Assembly (NCBI GenBank): GCA_023920165.1
Contig: CP089279.1
Coordinates: 372,001 to 436,000 of the forward strand
DNA: 64,000 nt
Direction: 5' to 3'
DNA from: Curvularia clavata
Taxonomy: Eukaryota
Part shown: one piece after another, positions 60,872-64,000 of the stretch
How positions within the stretch are numbered: the stretch's first letter is position 1
How the letters are laid out: the number at the start of each line of letters is the position of its first letter
The notes under the pieces: model-generated
Databases searched by the model: none
Told to the model about the DNA's origin: nothing
What the model saw: only the letters and a program-made list of their open reading frames with translations
Program-made: the position numbers and the translations under genes

Positions 60872-63800
60872 CTACGAACCAAAGTCCATCTTGAGCGCAA
60901 TCTTCGGCATTCCATCATCCTCCCTATTAACCTCCTGTCTTCTCGGCCCTTGTCCACTCTTCAGCACACTCTCCATGAACGACCTTTGTTCAGGCGTCAG
61001 TCCAGTAACAACGTTTCTAAACGCCTGTTGGTTGGCTCCAGCAATCTCAAGCAGCCTTGTAGCCGTTTCTTGAGTTGCCCCTGGCTCGCTTTGTGCCCGA
61101 GACAGCAAGGCAGGAATGATGATCTTGCTGGCGACTTGTCGTTGTGGTTCTTCGGGGAGCGTGGAGATGAAGCTGACAAGGGTTTGCGCAAGTGTTGTGC
61201 GCGACTCTTCAAGGCCTTCGACCTCAGAGGGCATGGCCAGGAAAGAGAGCGTAGGTGGAAGAAGAAGCTTTGCGAGATTTGTCTCTAAGGTGCCCTTCTT
61301 GGGCAATAAGAGGAGTGAGCGACAACACCCTGCGGCTACCTTGCTAGTTGTGCGTGTGTTGAGACAGTCGAAAAGATCATCAACGAACCGTTGGATCAAT
61401 GGGTCGTTGGGCGAGAACGCAGATGGTGCAGAGCTCACCAAGATGGTAGTGGTGAGAATGGTGTTCTTCTCACACGCGAGAGCAGCGTCGAACTCCCGCT
61501 TCTGCGCATGCCTAAGGATAGCAAGGAATCGTGCCAGCGTTGAGCGCAGTTGCTTGCTAGTGTCATTTGTAGCCTCGGCGTCCGGCGCAAGGCTGGAGAT
61601 AAATCGCTTGAAAATTGGCAACGCTTGGGGAATGACGGTTGCTTGACATTCTCCAGTGCCGAGTATGGACGCAAAGATGTGAAGAATACAAGCGTGGAGG
61701 TCAGCTTTGATAATCGACGGGAAGACTTGAGCGGCATCCACAAGAGCAGATAGAGCCGTTGTAAGAAGGGCGACAGCTTCTTCGTTCATCTCGTGGCGGG
61801 CTGAGAAAGTGGATTAGCAAAAACCCGTCTTGAACCAGCAAGCATGGTCTTACCTTTGGATTTGCTGTCTTCCAACCCTGGGATCAAGCCTGATAGGACT
61901 AGTACCATGATCTTCGTCAACTCGAACAGCTGATCAATGTCTTCGGAGAGATGTTCGTCTGCAGAAGTCGTTCTGTGCCTAATCAATAAATGTCCTAACT
62001 ATCTTGATGCATCTGCTTACCCTTGATCCCTCCTTGCAGATGGGTGGCCAATGCAAAGGTTTCTCGTAATCTGAACGATGACAGTTTGTATAGTCAATCC
62101 TTCGGTGAGCACCAGTCGGTCAAGCATGTCCATTGTTTCTGAGAACACGACCTCTTGGTAAATAGCATGTCCGGATACCGAAGGCCGTAGAATCTTCTTC
62201 AGAGCCTGTAGGATTTCTAAGATCTGTTCCTTGGACGCTTGCAGATCACCTGGACGCCCTGCGAGAGCCTCAAATGCGAGACCGAAGAGGACAAAGAAGA
62301 AAGCAACGGGCTCATCCCGATAGTTGATGTGATCAGCTCTCGGGTTATGGCCCGACTCAGACAGCTCAGTCTTGCCATCAAGCGCATCGAACACGAACTC
62401 GCTATCCTCGTCGATGAGACTAGCAATGGCATCAACAAGATTGAGCCAGCTGTCCTGATAAAACTACAAAACGTCAGCACATGTATTCACGTGTCCGTAT
62501 AGAGTCCTACCTTCAACAATGTCTCGCGATTGAGTGCCGCATAGATGGTGTCTAGGCTACCGGAAAGCGACGCAGAGCCCATGGAAGAAGTGATATCAGG
62601 CTCGAATCTAAGACGAGCGTATTCTCGCAGAGACGCCAACCAAAGAGGTGTTAGCTTGGCAATATGCGGTTTTAGCACATCCGCTAGATATGTCTGCTCG
62701 GCACTGGCGATTTGTAGTTCGGCCCAGGCAGAGAAAACTGCCATCTTGACCATGACTTGGGCATTCGAGCTCAGCCCCTTCAAGTCACCTATTGCTGCAG
62801 TCTCGGATTCGCCTAAGGAGTTAGCAAATTATGAGGGCCATGCACCGATAGGACTTACTGGAAAAGTTTTCAAGTGCTGAGACGAGCAACTTCAAGATAC
62901 GGCCCATTCGATCTACATCTGTTACGATACCAGTAGCAATGAACGTAGCACACACATTCACAGCTTCAGCTGCAAGCTCAGGTGACGAATCGGCTGCAAA
63001 TGCCGGTGTGAGTGCTGAACCAATTTGTGCCTGGTACTGTTCGAGCAGGGTGACTTCAGCAAAGTCCGGATCAGGCGTTTTACCGAAGAGCTATATAATG
63101 AATTAGTTTACACTCTGCTTGGGACAAATAGATGCATACCTTGAGGACTTGATCGATAATCTTAAGACCGCGTATCCGCAGTTGAACAACACCCGCGGTA
63201 GATGCAGAGAAGGCGATGCGCACCACATCAGCAACCCTTTGTTGCAATGCCAAAACACAAGGGGCTTCCTCTCGAAAAGCAGCTTCCTTGCTTACCATTG
63301 CAACGAGTTCGCTCAAGCAATCCATTCCAAAAGTCCGGACTTGCCACTTGAGCAACTCCTGGCTTACTTGTGCGCCATCTCCGGCTTCAGCTCCTGGTGC
63401 ATTTGACGCAGATGCAAAGCCTGCAACTTCCTCGTCCTGTAGGTCTGTTGCGCCCGCTTTTGGTTTTTCTTCGACCTTGTCCTGGGCCTCAACCTTCTTA
63501 GTCTTCGTCAAGACCGAGTGACATCGTTGTACCCATGTTGCTGTGTCCGACAATCCCGTTTGGTGCAGCCAGTTGCGGATTATATTTTGCACGACTTCGT
63601 GATCTGGATCTCGGTCGAGGACATGCCACAGCTGGTCTTCTAACCCTGAATCGGCTGCGCGAATAACCTCTTCGGTGTTGCGCCTCATGATGTTGTGCAA
63701 GCCGTCAATAGCCATATCGCGTATCTGGGTCGAGTTGCTTTCCACAGAACGTTGTAAACTCTTGACATAGGCTGAGAACTCCATGTGACCTGGTGCATAA

Positions 63801-64000
63801 AGAGAGATGTGTTCCTGACAACGTAGACTCTCGATGACAACAAGTTCATCAGCATCGCCCTGGAACAACCCTACAAGAGTCATGATCAAGTCTCTTGCTT
63901 TTGCGACATCTTGCAAATCTGGACCTAGTACATTGATCATACTGTCAACGCATCGCGCAATGACAGCAGGAGTCGGTATGTCGATCTCAATGTTGGAGTA
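60872..64000 (-). CDS. LAA1: HEAT-repeat AP-1 accessory protein Laa1/HEATR5-like, 3' part only
   Basis: Several helical-repeat exons joined by short introns; PDPDFAEVTLLEQYQAQIGSALTPAF, WLASLREYARLRFEP, C-terminal KIALKMDFGS. Gene continues past the window end. Confidence 0.8.

Overview
Intron-containing filamentous ascomycete DNA; the protein sequences look Dothideomycete/Pleosporales-like, which is an inference. About 25 protein genes are supported. I saw no tRNA, rRNA, CRISPR array or recognisable transposon. The left ~16 kb looks accessory: F-box-like protein (5'-truncated), MFS transporter, SDR, PTH11-like membrane protein, amino-acid permease, an intronless atypical class I terpene cyclase, and a HET-domain protein with altered signature motifs. 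Next come a secreted bicupin oxalate decarboxylase head-to-head with a DUF1275/YoaK membrane protein, and a small GPI-type protein with two CEPHGDHWHC histidine-triad repeats. The remainder is mostly core: yapsin-like aspartic protease, RFC4, S10 carboxypeptidase, a hypothetical protein, a peroxisomal long-chain acyl-CoA ligase, MET17/cysD divergent from the velvet regulator veA, an RTA1 protein, TRS130, a CE3/SGNH esterase, a mitochondrial phosphate carrier, SPT4, PP5 (PPT1), an orphan ORF and the 3' part of a LAA1/HEATR5-like gene. The best candidates for undescribed biology are the oxalate decarboxylase-DUF1275 pair, the histidine-triad surface protein, the motif-degenerate HET protein and the atypical terpene cyclase. 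Exon boundaries were read by eye and no database searches were run.
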